Notes: generated by a model from the sequence alone, not told the origin. 64,000 nucleotides of DNA from an uncultured bacterium (GCA_964417925.1 CAYQJV010000001.1:22192-86191); one strand, 5' to 3'; positions 42,020 through 51,752 are shown, counted from the first letter of the stretch. Made by a program: numbers and translations.

Positions 42020-43209
42020 CTCTTACTTTATTTGCAAAAATACTTTTCTTAGAAAACACCTGTTTTTTTATCAAAGATGGAATTCTCTTTATGGTAACAG
42101 AAACCGAAAAAAGAAAACTCCCTATAATGGGAGAGGCTTTATCACTGGACAAATCCCAGAATAAAGTATACATATTAACCACTAAAGGAATAATTGCCTT
42201 TGATACCAAAGGAGAGGTTAAAAGTTCTTCTGCTGTATTCTCCTACAGTGAAAAGATCTTTGTGTACGACAACTCTCATATTTTTATCCCTTCTTCAGAT
42301 TTTTTAAACGCCTACAGAGATTACGGAGAAAAAATAAAACTCCTTTACTCTGTGGGAATACCCCCTTTTTATACCCACGTATTGAAAACCAAAAGAGGAG
42401 TGATGTTTCTATACAGAGATGGAAAAATTGAAATATTCCACCCTTATAAAAAAAAGTTTAAAAAGTTTAATCTGAAAACATCCTTTAAAAAACCAGTGGT
42501 AGTAGAAAATTTTTTATACTGGATCCATGAAAATGCCCTCTATGGGGCAGGACTATGGAGCATGAAAAAGAAAAAAATAACAAAGGTTGAAGAAGTTAAA
42601 GCTCTTACACAATGGAGAAATCTCCTACTCGTTGAAGAAAGTAAAAAACTCTCTCTATTTCACAAGTTTACTAAAATAACGGAAATAGAAATTGATTATG
42701 ACTCTCTTGTGTTTCATGATGGAAGTTCTGTATTGATAGCACTTAAAAGGGATTCTTTCTACGCTTTTTATCTACCAACTCTTAAGTTTATTAAAAAAGG
42801 AAAAAAAAGAAAAGAACAACTTATAATGCCTTTTGGAGAAAGAATTTTAGTATCAGAAATAAAAATTGTTAAAGAGAAACAACCCATTTCAGAAAAATTA
42901 TTTTTTGCATTACAGATAGGAGCCTTTAAAGACTCCTTAAATGCAGTAAAATATGTAGATAGTCTAAGCTTTTTACAACTTCCTTTATATGTAAAAAAAG
43001 AAAACGACCTCTATAAAGTAAGAATAGGCTATTTTTCAAAAAGAGAAGATGCAAAATATTTTAAAAGATTTTTAAAAAATCTTCCCTGCTGGATTGTGAA
43101 AGAAAAACAAATAGAGTTTAAAAAAGAAAATTATGAATTTGAAATACCAGGAGAAAAAAGGATAAAATTTATTTATAAAGATGGAATTATAAAATTCCTC
43201 TCTCCATAA
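42013..43209 (+). CDS. SPOR-domain (peptidoglycan-binding) protein
   Basis: C-terminal FALQIGAFKDSLNAVKYV…LYKVRIGYFSKREDAKYF matches the SPOR repeat pattern. Start uncertain. Confidence 0.5.
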   Translation: MLTLTLFAKILFLENTCFFIKDGILFMVTETEKRKLPIMGEALSLDKSQNKVYILTTKGIIAFDTKGEVKSSSAVFSYSEKIFVYDNSHIFIPSSDFLNAYRDYGEKIKLLYSVGIPPFYTHVLKTKRGVMFLYRDGKIEIFHPYKKKFKKFNLKTSFKKPVVVENFLYWIHENALYGAGLWSMKKKKITKVEEVKALTQWRNLLLVEESKKLSLFHKFTKITEIEIDYDSLVFHDGSSVLIALKRDSFYAFYLPTLKFIKKGKKRKEQLIMPFGERILVSEIKIVKEKQPISEKLFFALQIGAFKDSLNAVKYVDSLSFLQLPLYVKKENDLYKVRIGYFSKREDAKYFKRFLKNLPCWIVKEKQIEFKKENYEFEIPGEKRIKFIYKDGIIKFLSP

Positions 43210-44167
43210 ACCAGGATAGGGTATCTTTTACACTTTCCATAATAGGTCTCGGAGAATAACCAAATTCTCTTTTCACTCTTTCTTTACTAAAGATTGAATT
43301 ACTGAAGAGCAATGAAATAACATCTAAGCTAAATTTTTGTTCTGCCCCTGTTATTTCTCCATAAAGAGGGGCAACAAATAAAGAACCCATTTTTGCAATG
43401 CTTACAGGAATCTTGAACTTTAAAATCTTATTTCCTGTTACCTTTTCAACAAGTTCAATCAGGTGTTTCATCTTTAGTCTTTCTCCAGAAACTATATAAT
43501 TACTTCTTCTCTTTCCTTTTTCTGCAGATGCAATAATTATCTCCACCACATCTCTTACATCCACAAAATCATAGGCTCCGTCTACATAAAAACAATATTT
43601 TTTCTTTACAGTTTCTACAATAAATCTACCCATATGAGATGGCTTGAAATCAAAAGGACCTATCACACCTGTAGGGCTTACAATTACAGCATCCAATCCT
43701 CTTTTAACTCCCTCTAATACCTCCATGGCTCCCATTGCTTTTGACCTTCCGTACGTTGATACTGTATTTTCAGGATCAAAGGGAACTGTTTCATCAATTA
43801 TTCCTTTGCTAACCTTTTTTAGAGCATCTACAGAGGCGGTATACACAAGTTTTTCTACCCCACATTTTAAACACGCTTCAACAACATTTCTCGTACCCAC
43901 AACGTTTGTTTCAAACAATAGTCTTTTATTATCTCGCCCCAAACTAATTAACCCTGCAAGATGATAAACTACTTTTGCTCTGCGAAAACCCCTAAGAAGA
44001 GATGAAACATCTCTTACATCTCCTGTAATAACTTCTACATCCAATTCCTTAATAGATGAGAGATCAGAAGTAGGACGTACAAAAACCCTGACCTTCTCCC
44101 CTTTTTCTAAAAGTCTCCTTACAAGATTATTCCCTATATGCCCTGTTGCACCCGTAACAACAATCAC
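43187..44167 (-). CDS. NAD-dependent epimerase/dehydratase (extended SDR)
   Basis: Rossmann motif VTGATGHIGNNL. YxxxK region. Confidence 0.7.
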   Translation of the reverse strand: MIVVTGATGHIGNNLVRRLLEKGEKVRVFVRPTSDLSSIKELDVEVITGDVRDVSSLLRGFRRAKVVYHLAGLISLGRDNKRLLFETNVVGTRNVVEACLKCGVEKLVYTASVDALKKVSKGIIDETVPFDPENTVSTYGRSKAMGAMEVLEGVKRGLDAVIVSPTGVIGPFDFKPSHMGRFIVETVKKKYCFYVDGAYDFVDVRDVVEIIIASAEKGKRRSNYIVSGERLKMKHLIELVEKVTGNKILKFKIPVSIAKMGSLFVAPLYGEITGAEQKFSLDVISLLFSNSIFSKERVKREFGYSPRPIMESVKDTLSWFMERGIL

Positions 44168-44185
44168 CGTTTAAATATTAAGCGG

Positions 44186-44839
44186 TTAACTATCCTCTGG
44201 TTTATATCCTATTTTATGAAAAGGATTCACAACGCTTGAAGCAACATTTTTTAAATGAGCACTTACCCTTTTTAAATACCTTGAAAGGAGAGCAGCTATT
44301 ATTCCCTCTTTTGCAGAAATTTTTCTATCCTCTATTAATCTATCTATTATAAAATCGCATTCTTTTGCTATTTTTGCGTGTTCCTCCATCACACTCTTTG
44401 CTTTTTCTTTATCACCGTTTTTAAAACTTTCTATCACTTGAGGAAACATCTCTCTCACCTTGTTTTCAACTTTCCTTATCTTTTTAAAATACCTACCTTC
44501 CAATGGCTCTGGATAATGAACTGCAAGCTCCACCAAATTTTTTGAATAATCACCTATTCTTTCTATATCAACGATTATAGTAACAAGCACAAGAGAGGCA
44601 GGGACATCAACCGCAGGATTAATAACAAGATGTTCCAGTATTTTTTTCCTCACATCTATTTGATACTCGTTCAACTTCCTATCAATTGCATACAGGTCTT
44701 CTATCTCTCCTACCTCTATCATCATCTTCAATGCACTATTAAACATATCTTTGGCTATTTCAAGCATTTCAAAAGTTTTTTCAAAAGCTATCTTTAAAAG
44801 TCCAGACCTCTTCCATGCTTTTAAAACTTCTTCAAACAT
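44186..44839 (-). CDS. phoU: Phosphate-uptake regulator PhoU
   Basis: Two PhoU repeats with conserved D/E-x3-D motifs (e.g. ERIGDYSKN). Adjacent to the Pi transporter. Confidence 0.75.
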   Translation of the reverse strand: MFEEVLKAWKRSGLLKIAFEKTFEMLEIAKDMFNSALKMMIEVGEIEDLYAIDRKLNEYQIDVRKKILEHLVINPAVDVPASLVLVTIIVDIERIGDYSKNLVELAVHYPEPLEGRYFKKIRKVENKVREMFPQVIESFKNGDKEKAKSVMEEHAKIAKECDFIIDRLIEDRKISAKEGIIAALLSRYLKRVSAHLKNVASSVVNPFHKIGYKPEDS

Positions 44840-44843
44840 ATTA

Positions 44844-45917
44844 TCACCTCCTAAATATCAACATAAATATTAAAGGTAAAATAATAAAAATTAATAAAGG
44901 ATACAAAATTGCTACATACCTCTTTTTTGACATTGTTCTACCTATAACTTTTGCCAAAAAAATGGGGAATCTTCTTCCTGGATACCATATTACTATTCCA
45001 AAAATATTGAACATTAAATGAGAAAAGGCTGCCTGTACTGCATGAGGATTTTGAGTAACAAGTGAAGCGAGAATAGCCGTAACTGTGGTTCCAATGTTTG
45101 CTCCTAAGGTATAAGGGTATATCTTCTCCACACTTAAAAGCCCTGCAGCAGCTAAAGGGACAGCGAGGGATGTAGTAACAGAACTGGATTGAATAATTGA
45201 GGTAAAAATAACGCCCAAAAGAAGTGCTTTTAAGGGATTCCCAAAAAGATATCTATCCAACATCACTTCAAACCGTGCACTTACGAGTTTTTTAGTACTA
45301 TCAACAATCACCTTTAATCCCACATAAAGAGATATAACAGCCAGTGGAATGGTAATCCACACCTTACCAGCGCATACTACTATAATGAATTTTACTATAG
45401 GTTTGAATATTAGTTTTAAGGGACTTACAATATGCAAGCCTCCTACCGAAGAAAAAACCTTTGTTAAAAAACCAGATGTTTTCTGTATAGGATGGAATAT
45501 AATCTCCAGAGGAAAAAGAACAAGCACTGAAAGTAGATTAAAAAAGTCATGAACAATTGCAGCAGGCATTGCATTCTCAAATTCACTTTTTCGTGTAATA
45601 TGAAACAAGGCTACCAACGTATTTGTCACTGTGGTACCTATGTTTGCTCCCATTATAACAGGAATTGCATGAGAGAGAGGAATACTTCCAGAAGCAACAA
45701 GACCAACTGTAAGTGAAGTAGTTAAAGAAGAGCTCTGCACTATAGTTGTAGTGATTATTCCTATAAAAAGCCCTACAAAAGAATTGGTAGTAATTGCAAT
45801 CAACCTTTCTGCAAATCCTTTTCCCATAAGTTTCATTGAACCACTCAAAAGTTCTATACTTGTAAAAAAGAGGAACAAACCAACCAAAGGTAAAACAAGT
45901 TTAAGTATTTTTCTCAT
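44844..45917 (-). CDS. Na+/phosphate cotransporter (NptA/PNaS family, transporter core only)
   Basis: Duplicated QSSS motifs (IVQSSSLTTS, IIQSSSVTTS) in polytopic membrane repeats. Confidence 0.7.
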   Translation of the reverse strand: MRKILKLVLPLVGLFLFFTSIELLSGSMKLMGKGFAERLIAITTNSFVGLFIGIITTTIVQSSSLTTSLTVGLVASGSIPLSHAIPVIMGANIGTTVTNTLVALFHITRKSEFENAMPAAIVHDFFNLLSVLVLFPLEIIFHPIQKTSGFLTKVFSSVGGLHIVSPLKLIFKPIVKFIIVVCAGKVWITIPLAVISLYVGLKVIVDSTKKLVSARFEVMLDRYLFGNPLKALLLGVIFTSIIQSSSVTTSLAVPLAAAGLLSVEKIYPYTLGANIGTTVTAILASLVTQNPHAVQAAFSHLMFNIFGIVIWYPGRRFPIFLAKVIGRTMSKKRYVAILYPLLIFIILPLIFMLIFRR

Positions 45918-45929
45918 CCCATTACCCCT

Positions 45930-46475
45930 TTATTTAAGATAAAACTCTGCAAGAGAAAAATATTTGGGCCCCTGTGAAGAAAGTTCACTTCTATACAGAA
46001 TAAATTTATCTACCAGAAAAATCCTGCTTCTGTAAGGTATTTTAAGAGAAACACCAGTAGGTATTCTTAACCTTCCTATTGTGAGATGAGGGGTAAATCT
46101 ATGATGTTCGTTTTTAAATCCAAGGGGGGTTGTAGCTTTTTCTATCATTTTATTCAAACTTTTAAAATCATCTTCGCCTTCTTTAATTCCTATCCATATT
46201 ACCCTTGCCCTTGAAAGGGATGGAAAAGCTCCTATTCCTTCAAGACCTGCTTTAAATTTTGATACTTTTTTCACTATCCCCTCCATTATGTTTTTAACTT
46301 CCTTTACTTTCTTATCGTCAATGTTTCCAAGAAACTTTAAAGTAATGTGAAGATTCTTCTCTTCAACCCATTTCACATTTTTAATCTCTTTTTTCAAAGG
46401 TTCTATAACAATTTTTGTAACCTCTCTTCTAATATCAGAAGGAATAGGAATCCCTAAAAAGGCTCTTATCTCCAT
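45930..46475 (-). CDS. thpR: RNA 2',3'-cyclic phosphodiesterase (2H family, LigT/ThpR)
   Basis: Two H-x-T-x motifs: HITLKFLG and HLTIGRL. Confidence 0.7.
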   Translation of the reverse strand: MEIRAFLGIPIPSDIRREVTKIVIEPLKKEIKNVKWVEEKNLHITLKFLGNIDDKKVKEVKNIMEGIVKKVSKFKAGLEGIGAFPSLSRARVIWIGIKEGEDDFKSLNKMIEKATTPLGFKNEHHRFTPHLTIGRLRIPTGVSLKIPYRSRIFLVDKFILYRSELSSQGPKYFSLAEFYLK

Positions 46476-46483
46476 TTACTAAA

Positions 46484-47716
46484 TTAAATTAACTGCAAAA
46501 TAAATCTTCTTAGCAAGTCAAGCGTTGCAACAGCAGCTTGCTCTTTAATCATTCTTCTTGTTCCTTTAAATATCTTTTTTTCCACCACCGTATCCTCTTT
46601 GTCTGCAACTCCCATATATACAAGTCCAACCGGCTTTTCCTTAGTACCTCCTGAAGGACCAGCAATACCTGTTATAGATATGCCAACGTCTGTACTATAT
46701 CTCTCTCTCACTCCTACAGCAAGTTCTTTTGCCACCTCTTCACTTACTGCTCCGTACTTTTTTATCGTTTCTTCCTTTACCCCACATAATCTAATCTTAA
46801 GTTCATTGCTGTATGCAACTATACCTCCTTTAAAATATTCAGAACTTCCTGGAACATTGGTAATTCTATCCTGTACAAGTCCCCCGGTACATGATTCTGC
46901 TACAGAAAGACTCATTCCTTTTTTCTTTAAAATCTCTCCTATTACCTCTTCTATTTCCTTCTCATCTGTAGCATATACGTTTGGAGCAAGATAAGATTCC
47001 ACTTCCTTTACGACCTTTTTTAATCCTCTTTTACCCTCAAGATGCAACCTTATATCCACTCCTGTAATTGTTGGATGGAAAGAAAAACTCACATTTCTTG
47101 CCTTTTTCATTACCTTAGAAAGTCTATCTTGAATTTCTGTTTCTAAAAGATTTGTAGTCCTAATAACAGCTCTCTGAATTGGAGGAAGAGAATACTTCCC
47201 TTCAATATAGGGGATTACACTATCTTCAAACATTCTTTTTAACTCCTCTGGAACTGCAGGAAGCATTATTATAGATTTTTTATTCACAGAAATAATTATA
47301 CCAGGCGCCATTCCCACAGGATTTTCTATAATGGTAGCTCCTTTAGGGACAAGAGCCTGCTTGGTAGCCAACCCTGGCATTGCAACGCCTTGGTCTTCAA
47401 ATCTCTTTTTTAACTTAAGAAGTATTGAATCATCTATCACAAGCCTTTTTTTTAAAATATCCGCTACTGCTTCTTTTGTGTGGTCATCTAAGGTTGGTCC
47501 AAGACCACCTGTGGAGATTATAATGTCATTTTTTTCCATTGCTCTTCTAAAAGCCTCTTGTATCTCGTCTCTTACATCACCCACAGTTGTAATTCTTGTT
47601 ACCTCTATCCCTATATCTTGAAATCTCTTTGCAATAAAATTTGAATTGGTATCCACCACCTCCCCTGTAACAATTTCATCACCTACTACTATAATCTCTG
47701 CCTTTATGTGTGCCAT
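46484..47716 (-). CDS. cinA: CinA (MoCF-binding N-domain + nicotinamide-nucleotide amidohydrolase C-domain)
   Basis: N-terminus EIIVVGDEI…DTNS…STGGLGPT. C-terminal SVAESCTGGL…GISITGIAGPSGG. Confidence 0.8.
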   Translation of the reverse strand: MAHIKAEIIVVGDEIVTGEVVDTNSNFIAKRFQDIGIEVTRITTVGDVRDEIQEAFRRAMEKNDIIISTGGLGPTLDDHTKEAVADILKKRLVIDDSILLKLKKRFEDQGVAMPGLATKQALVPKGATIIENPVGMAPGIIISVNKKSIIMLPAVPEELKRMFEDSVIPYIEGKYSLPPIQRAVIRTTNLLETEIQDRLSKVMKKARNVSFSFHPTITGVDIRLHLEGKRGLKKVVKEVESYLAPNVYATDEKEIEEVIGEILKKKGMSLSVAESCTGGLVQDRITNVPGSSEYFKGGIVAYSNELKIRLCGVKEETIKKYGAVSEEVAKELAVGVRERYSTDVGISITGIAGPSGGTKEKPVGLVYMGVADKEDTVVEKKIFKGTRRMIKEQAAVATLDLLRRFILQLI

Positions 47717-48186
47717 TTTACCACCTCCATTAACAATCTGGTAACTATGTTCGCCATACCCCCTGCTACAATATCATCTACCACTACCCCACTCTTTTTA
47801 AAACTTTCTGCATAGTTAACAGGGGGTAGTTTAAAAATATCAAAAACTCTAAAAAAAATAAAACCCGAAATAACAGAAAATAAAGATAGAGGTAAAAAAA
47901 GGTAACTCACAAGCATTCCTACAAACTCATCAAGATTTATTCTCCCATCGTCCTTTCCCAGGACTTTTTCTGCCTTTGTAGTCAATGGAAAGGAGATGCC
48001 CGTGATTAAAAGGGTAAAAATAAAAAAGTAAAAAGGATATTTACCTATCAAAGCATAAAAAGGAATAGCAATAACTGCCCCTATGGTTCCAGGAGCAAAA
48101 GGACTATATCCTGAGAAAAAACATGTGGATAAAAAAACTGATAAATCTATCTTCTTTTTTTCTTCTTTGGAAAGACTCTTTCCCAT
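47704..48186 (-). CDS. pgpA: Phosphatidylglycerophosphatase A
   Basis: PgpA family pattern SGYSPFAPGTIG and membrane helices. Overlaps cinA and secF. Confidence 0.6.
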   Translation of the reverse strand: MGKSLSKEEKKKIDLSVFLSTCFFSGYSPFAPGTIGAVIAIPFYALIGKYPFYFFIFTLLITGISFPLTTKAEKVLGKDDGRINLDEFVGMLVSYLFLPLSLFSVISGFIFFRVFDIFKLPPVNYAESFKKSGVVVDDIVAGGMANIVTRLLMEVVKWHT

Positions 48187-49064
48187 TCTACAACTAAGTT
48201 AGAAAGAATAAATATGGAAGAGTAGGTTCCGATAAGTATACCTACAACAAAAGTAAAACCAAAGTCTTTAATTGTGGGAGCCCCAAAGATCCAAATTGAT
48301 ACTGCTACAAAAAGTGTTGTTAAACTTGTGATAACAGTTCTTGCCAAAGTTGCATTTATTCCAGCATTTACAACCTCTTCAATTGGCCTTCCTTTTAAAA
48401 GTTTCATCATTTCTTGAACCCTTACGGATACAACAATAGAATCATTAACCGAATATCCTATTATGGTCAAAAGCGCAGCAACTATTGCTATGGTTATTTC
48501 CTTACCAAGTAAAGTAAGGATACCAAGGGTAATAAATGCATCATGAAAAAGTGCCAAAACTGCTCCTACTCCAAATCTAAAGTCAAGTCTAAGCCCCACA
48601 TAAATAAGTATTCCCAACATTCCTAAAAGGAGTGCATAGATCGCTTTTAACTGTAATTCCTTACCTATTCTCGGACCCACCGTTTCTTCCCTTCTTAAAT
48701 CAACATCCAGGTTCTTTATCCGTTTTTTAAGTTTTGCTATTAGAATATCAGAAAAACTTCTCCCCTGTTCAAGTTTTTCCTTTGGGGGAACCTTTATGAT
48801 GTATTCATAACCTCCTCCTATCCTCTGTATTTCTGCCCGAGGCTCCCCAAGTTCAGAAAGCACAGCTCGTATTTCTTCTGTTTTTACTTCTTTTGAAAAC
48901 TTCAGTTCAATCAAAGTACCACCTGTAAAGTCAATTCCATATACAGGTCCACCTCTTACGATAAGAGCAATCACCGAAAGCAAAAATAAACATCCTGATA
49001 TAATATATCCTATCTTCCTTTTCCCAACAAAATCTATCTTTGTCTCTTTAAAAAAAGATATCAT
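48147..49064 (-). CDS. secF: Protein-export membrane protein SecF
   Basis: SecD/F family TM topology and conserved INDSIVV motif. Confidence 0.85.
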   Translation of the reverse strand: MISFFKETKIDFVGKRKIGYIISGCLFLLSVIALIVRGGPVYGIDFTGGTLIELKFSKEVKTEEIRAVLSELGEPRAEIQRIGGGYEYIIKVPPKEKLEQGRSFSDILIAKLKKRIKNLDVDLRREETVGPRIGKELQLKAIYALLLGMLGILIYVGLRLDFRFGVGAVLALFHDAFITLGILTLLGKEITIAIVAALLTIIGYSVNDSIVVSVRVQEMMKLLKGRPIEEVVNAGINATLARTVITSLTTLFVAVSIWIFGAPTIKDFGFTFVVGILIGTYSSIFILSNLVVEWERVFPKKKKRR

Positions 49065-49074
49065 TCTCTCCTCC

Positions 49075-50592
49075 TTATATCCACAGTTTTGTCACAGGTT
49101 TTCTTAACCACCATTCAAAAACTCCTCTGGTAAAGTAAACTGCTGTAAGAAGATTTATAATTAATCCAACCATAAGCGTAAGAGCAAATCCACGTATAGG
49201 GCCTGTTCCAAGCCAGTATAGAATTATCGCTGTAATTATTGTTGTAATATTGGCATCTACAATGGTTCTTATAACTTTAGAATATCCTGCATCTACTGCA
49301 GACCTCGGCGTTTTTCCGGTTCTGAGTTCCTCTCTTATTCTCTCAAATATCAAAACATTTGCATCAACAGCCATTCCTATGGTAAGGGCAATACCTGCTA
49401 TACCAGGTAAGGTAAGAGTAGCTCTAAAACCCGATAAAACAGCCAAAAGAAAGAATATGTTAAGCAACAGTGCAAAAACTGCTATAAAACCAGACAAACT
49501 ATAATAAATCACCATAAACACCACCACTGCAATAGCTCCAATTAATGCAGCAAGAATTCCAAGTCTAATGGAGTCAAGTCCAAGGGTGGGTCCGACACTT
49601 CTTTCCTCTGCAATTTTTACAGGAGCAGGAAGTGCACCTGAACGTAGAACAATTGCTATCTCCTTTGCCTTGTCCGCATCTATTCCTCCTCCTGAAATTC
49701 TCGCTCTACCATAAGGTATTCTTTCTTCTATTGTAGGCGCACTTCTCACCACACCATCCAGAATTATAGCAAGTCTTCTACCTATATTTTCTCCTGTTAC
49801 TCTATCAAAAATCCTTGCCCCTCTACTATTTAATCGGAGTTGAATTTCCCAACTTCCCTGAAGATTTGGATCAGTACCTTGATAAGGAGAATGCCTGGCA
49901 TCTGCAACATAGGCTCCTGTTAACTGAACTTTTTTCTCTACAAGGTACACCCTTCTTATACTCCTACCCTGATATTCCTCTTCAGGACCAAACATAAACT
50001 CAACATCAGAAGGAATTAGATGAGATGCCTCCTTTATCATCTTCTTCACCTCTGGTAAGTTCTCCTCATCCACCGCAACATCAGTTCCAACTGTTATAAG
50101 ATACTTAAAAAAGGGATTCTCCTTTGAAAGTGTATCCTTTTTAAAATAGTTGTTGATATCTGTATAAATGGCTTGAGCCCTCTCTGGATCTACAAGAAAT
50201 CTGAATTCAAGCTGCGCAGTCTGTCCTATAAGACTTTTAGCCCTTTCCCTCTGCACTCCTGGTAACTGAACAAGTATTCTATCTTTACCGATTTTCTGAA
50301 TAACAGGTTCATAAACACCGAACTGGTCTATTCTGTTTCTTATCACTTCAAGTGCCCTATCCGTAGCATCCTTTGCCTCTTCAGGGCTCAATTTACTCTT
50401 ATCCACTTCAAGCACAAGGTGCATTCCTCCTACAAGATCAAGCCCTAAATGTAATGACCTTTTCTGCAACTTTATTTTCTCCTCTTCAGATAAATCCTTA
50501 GAGGTATAGAGTACAATGGTAGGATATAAAAAATATATGCCTACTATAACAAGGGCTATAAAGATGATGAACTTCCATTTAAGGGTTTTCAT
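49075..50592 (-). CDS. secD: Protein-export membrane protein SecD
   Basis: Large periplasmic domain plus 6-TM core. LGLDLVGG motif. Upstream of secF. Confidence 0.85.
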   Translation of the reverse strand: MKTLKWKFIIFIALVIVGIYFLYPTIVLYTSKDLSEEEKIKLQKRSLHLGLDLVGGMHLVLEVDKSKLSPEEAKDATDRALEVIRNRIDQFGVYEPVIQKIGKDRILVQLPGVQRERAKSLIGQTAQLEFRFLVDPERAQAIYTDINNYFKKDTLSKENPFFKYLITVGTDVAVDEENLPEVKKMIKEASHLIPSDVEFMFGPEEEYQGRSIRRVYLVEKKVQLTGAYVADARHSPYQGTDPNLQGSWEIQLRLNSRGARIFDRVTGENIGRRLAIILDGVVRSAPTIEERIPYGRARISGGGIDADKAKEIAIVLRSGALPAPVKIAEERSVGPTLGLDSIRLGILAALIGAIAVVVFMVIYYSLSGFIAVFALLLNIFFLLAVLSGFRATLTLPGIAGIALTIGMAVDANVLIFERIREELRTGKTPRSAVDAGYSKVIRTIVDANITTIITAIILYWLGTGPIRGFALTLMVGLIINLLTAVYFTRGVFEWWLRKPVTKLWI

Positions 50593-51339
50593 CTATTCCT
50601 CCTTTGAATATTCCTTTATGATCTCTACCATTTCCCTTACCGCTCTTTCAAATCCTACAAAAACTGCTCTTGCAACAATTGCAAAGCCAATACTAAATCC
50701 TTCTATTTCAGGAATTTTTAAAAGAGGTATTATATTTTCATAGTTTATACCATGCCCTGCATGCACTGAAAGACCGAGTTTTTTCCCATATTTTGCTGCA
50801 TCCTTTAAGATTTTAAGATGTTTCTCTCTATTCTCTACCTCTTTTGAATACAAATCTGTATTCAACTCTATTCTATCTGCTCCTACTTTTTTCGCTATTC
50901 TTATAACCTCTTTGTAAGGCTCTATAAAAATGGAAACTCTTATTCCTGCTTCTTTAAGTCTCTTTATCACAGGTATTATATCTTTCTCCACTTTCTTAAG
51001 ATTCAACCCTCCCTCTGTAGTTACCTCCTCAGGCCTTTCAGGAACAAGAGTAACCTGATGAGGTTTTATTCTCAACGCAATATCCACCATCTCCTCTGTT
51101 GCAGCCATCTCAAGATTAATCTCCCCCTTAACAACCCTTTTTAAATTCTCTACATCCTCCTCCTTAATGTGTCTTCTATCCTGTCTGAGATGACAGGTAA
51201 TTCCACATGCACCTGCAAGTTCTGCTAACACTGCTGCATGAATAGGCGACGGAAAATTTTCTTTTCTTGCCTCTCTTAAAGTGGCAACATGATCCACATT
51301 CACAGAAAGCTCTTTCATGGATTGTTTATTATACCCCAA
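50593..51339 (-). CDS. pdxJ: Pyridoxine 5'-phosphate synthase
   Basis: LSVNVDHVATLREAR N-terminal signature. About 248 aa TIM barrel. Confidence 0.85.
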   Translation of the reverse strand: MGYNKQSMKELSVNVDHVATLREARKENFPSPIHAAVLAELAGACGITCHLRQDRRHIKEEDVENLKRVVKGEINLEMAATEEMVDIALRIKPHQVTLVPERPEEVTTEGGLNLKKVEKDIIPVIKRLKEAGIRVSIFIEPYKEVIRIAKKVGADRIELNTDLYSKEVENREKHLKILKDAAKYGKKLGLSVHAGHGINYENIIPLLKIPEIEGFSIGFAIVARAVFVGFERAVREMVEIIKEYSKEE

Positions 51340-51413
51340 AAAATATATTAGTCAAATATCCATTAACACCACTCCATGCCTTAACCATTCCACTCTCTCA
51401 AACCCTCAAAAAG

Positions 51414-51431
51414 TGTAACATTTATGTTACA
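51414..51431. promoter_or_regulatory. UAS-1: perfect 18-bp palindrome TGTAACATTTATGTTACA (predicted enhancer-binding-protein site)
   Basis: Inverted repeat TGTAACA-N4-TGTTACA with C-rich 5' flank ccctcaaaaag. Confidence 0.6.
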
Positions 51432-51486
51432 TTTAAATACAGTCTAAGCCTCATAATTACAGATACATACAAAAACCCTTCAAAAG

Positions 51487-51504
51487 TGTAACATTTGTGT
51501 TACA
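51487..51504. promoter_or_regulatory. UAS-2: palindrome TGTAACATTTGTGTTACA (one central substitution)
   Basis: Same half-sites. Centre is 73 bp from UAS-1. Confidence 0.6.
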
Positions 51505-51558
51505 TTCAAAGGCAATTTAAGTAATGTAGTTACAAAGCATACAAATACATTTAAAAAC

Positions 51559-51576
51559 TGTAACATTTATGTTACA
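51559..51576. promoter_or_regulatory. UAS-3: palindrome TGTAACATTTATGTTACA
   Basis: Centre is 72 bp from UAS-2 and about 80 bp upstream of the -24 element. Confidence 0.6.
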
Positions 51577-51646
51577 TTTTTGTTATATTCTGAAAAGCTT
51601 TCAATTTTTAAGTATAGGTATTTCATAACTTAATTTTTAGAATCTT

Positions 51647-51662
51647 TGGCATGTTTTTCGCT
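51647..51662 (+). promoter_or_regulatory. Predicted sigma-54 promoter (TGGCAT-N5-TCGC; -24 GG / -12 GC)
   Basis: GG and GC are at consensus spacing. The 29-bp block aatctttggcatgtttttcgctatataat is identical to the block at 63289-63317. Confidence 0.6.
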
Positions 51663-51711
51663 ATATAATATTGGGTGTAGAGAAAGGGGGTGAGATGATA
51701 AGAAAAAAACC

Positions 51712-51739
51712 TTGACAAAAGAATAAAAAAATATAAAAT
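51712..51739 (+). promoter_or_regulatory. Sigma-70-like promoter (TTGACA-N16-TAAAAT) inside the sigma-54 5'UTR, upstream of A1
   Basis: TTGACA at 51712-17, TATAAAAT at 51732-39. SD AGGAAG. The same element recurs at 54809-36 before A2. Confidence 0.45.
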
Positions 51740-51752
51740 TAGGAAGTGTAAA

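Noticed and set aside
51414-51576. Could the repeated 18-bp palindromes be a mini CRISPR array?
   Set aside because: There are only 3 (+2) copies. The repeats are perfect palindromes that differ in flanks. The spacers are about 55 bp of AT-rich sequence, with conserved C-rich flanks on the repeats. No cas genes are present. The position upstream of -24/-12 elements fits EBP sites instead.
51664-51669. TATAAT immediately downstream of the conserved block, i.e. the block as a sigma-70 promoter
   Set aside because: No acceptable -35 sits 16-18 bp upstream (aatctt). The GG-N10-GC spacing fits sigma-54 exactly, and a sigma-54 activator with a matching dyad-binding HTH is encoded adjacent. This is kept as the main alternative to test by TSS mapping.
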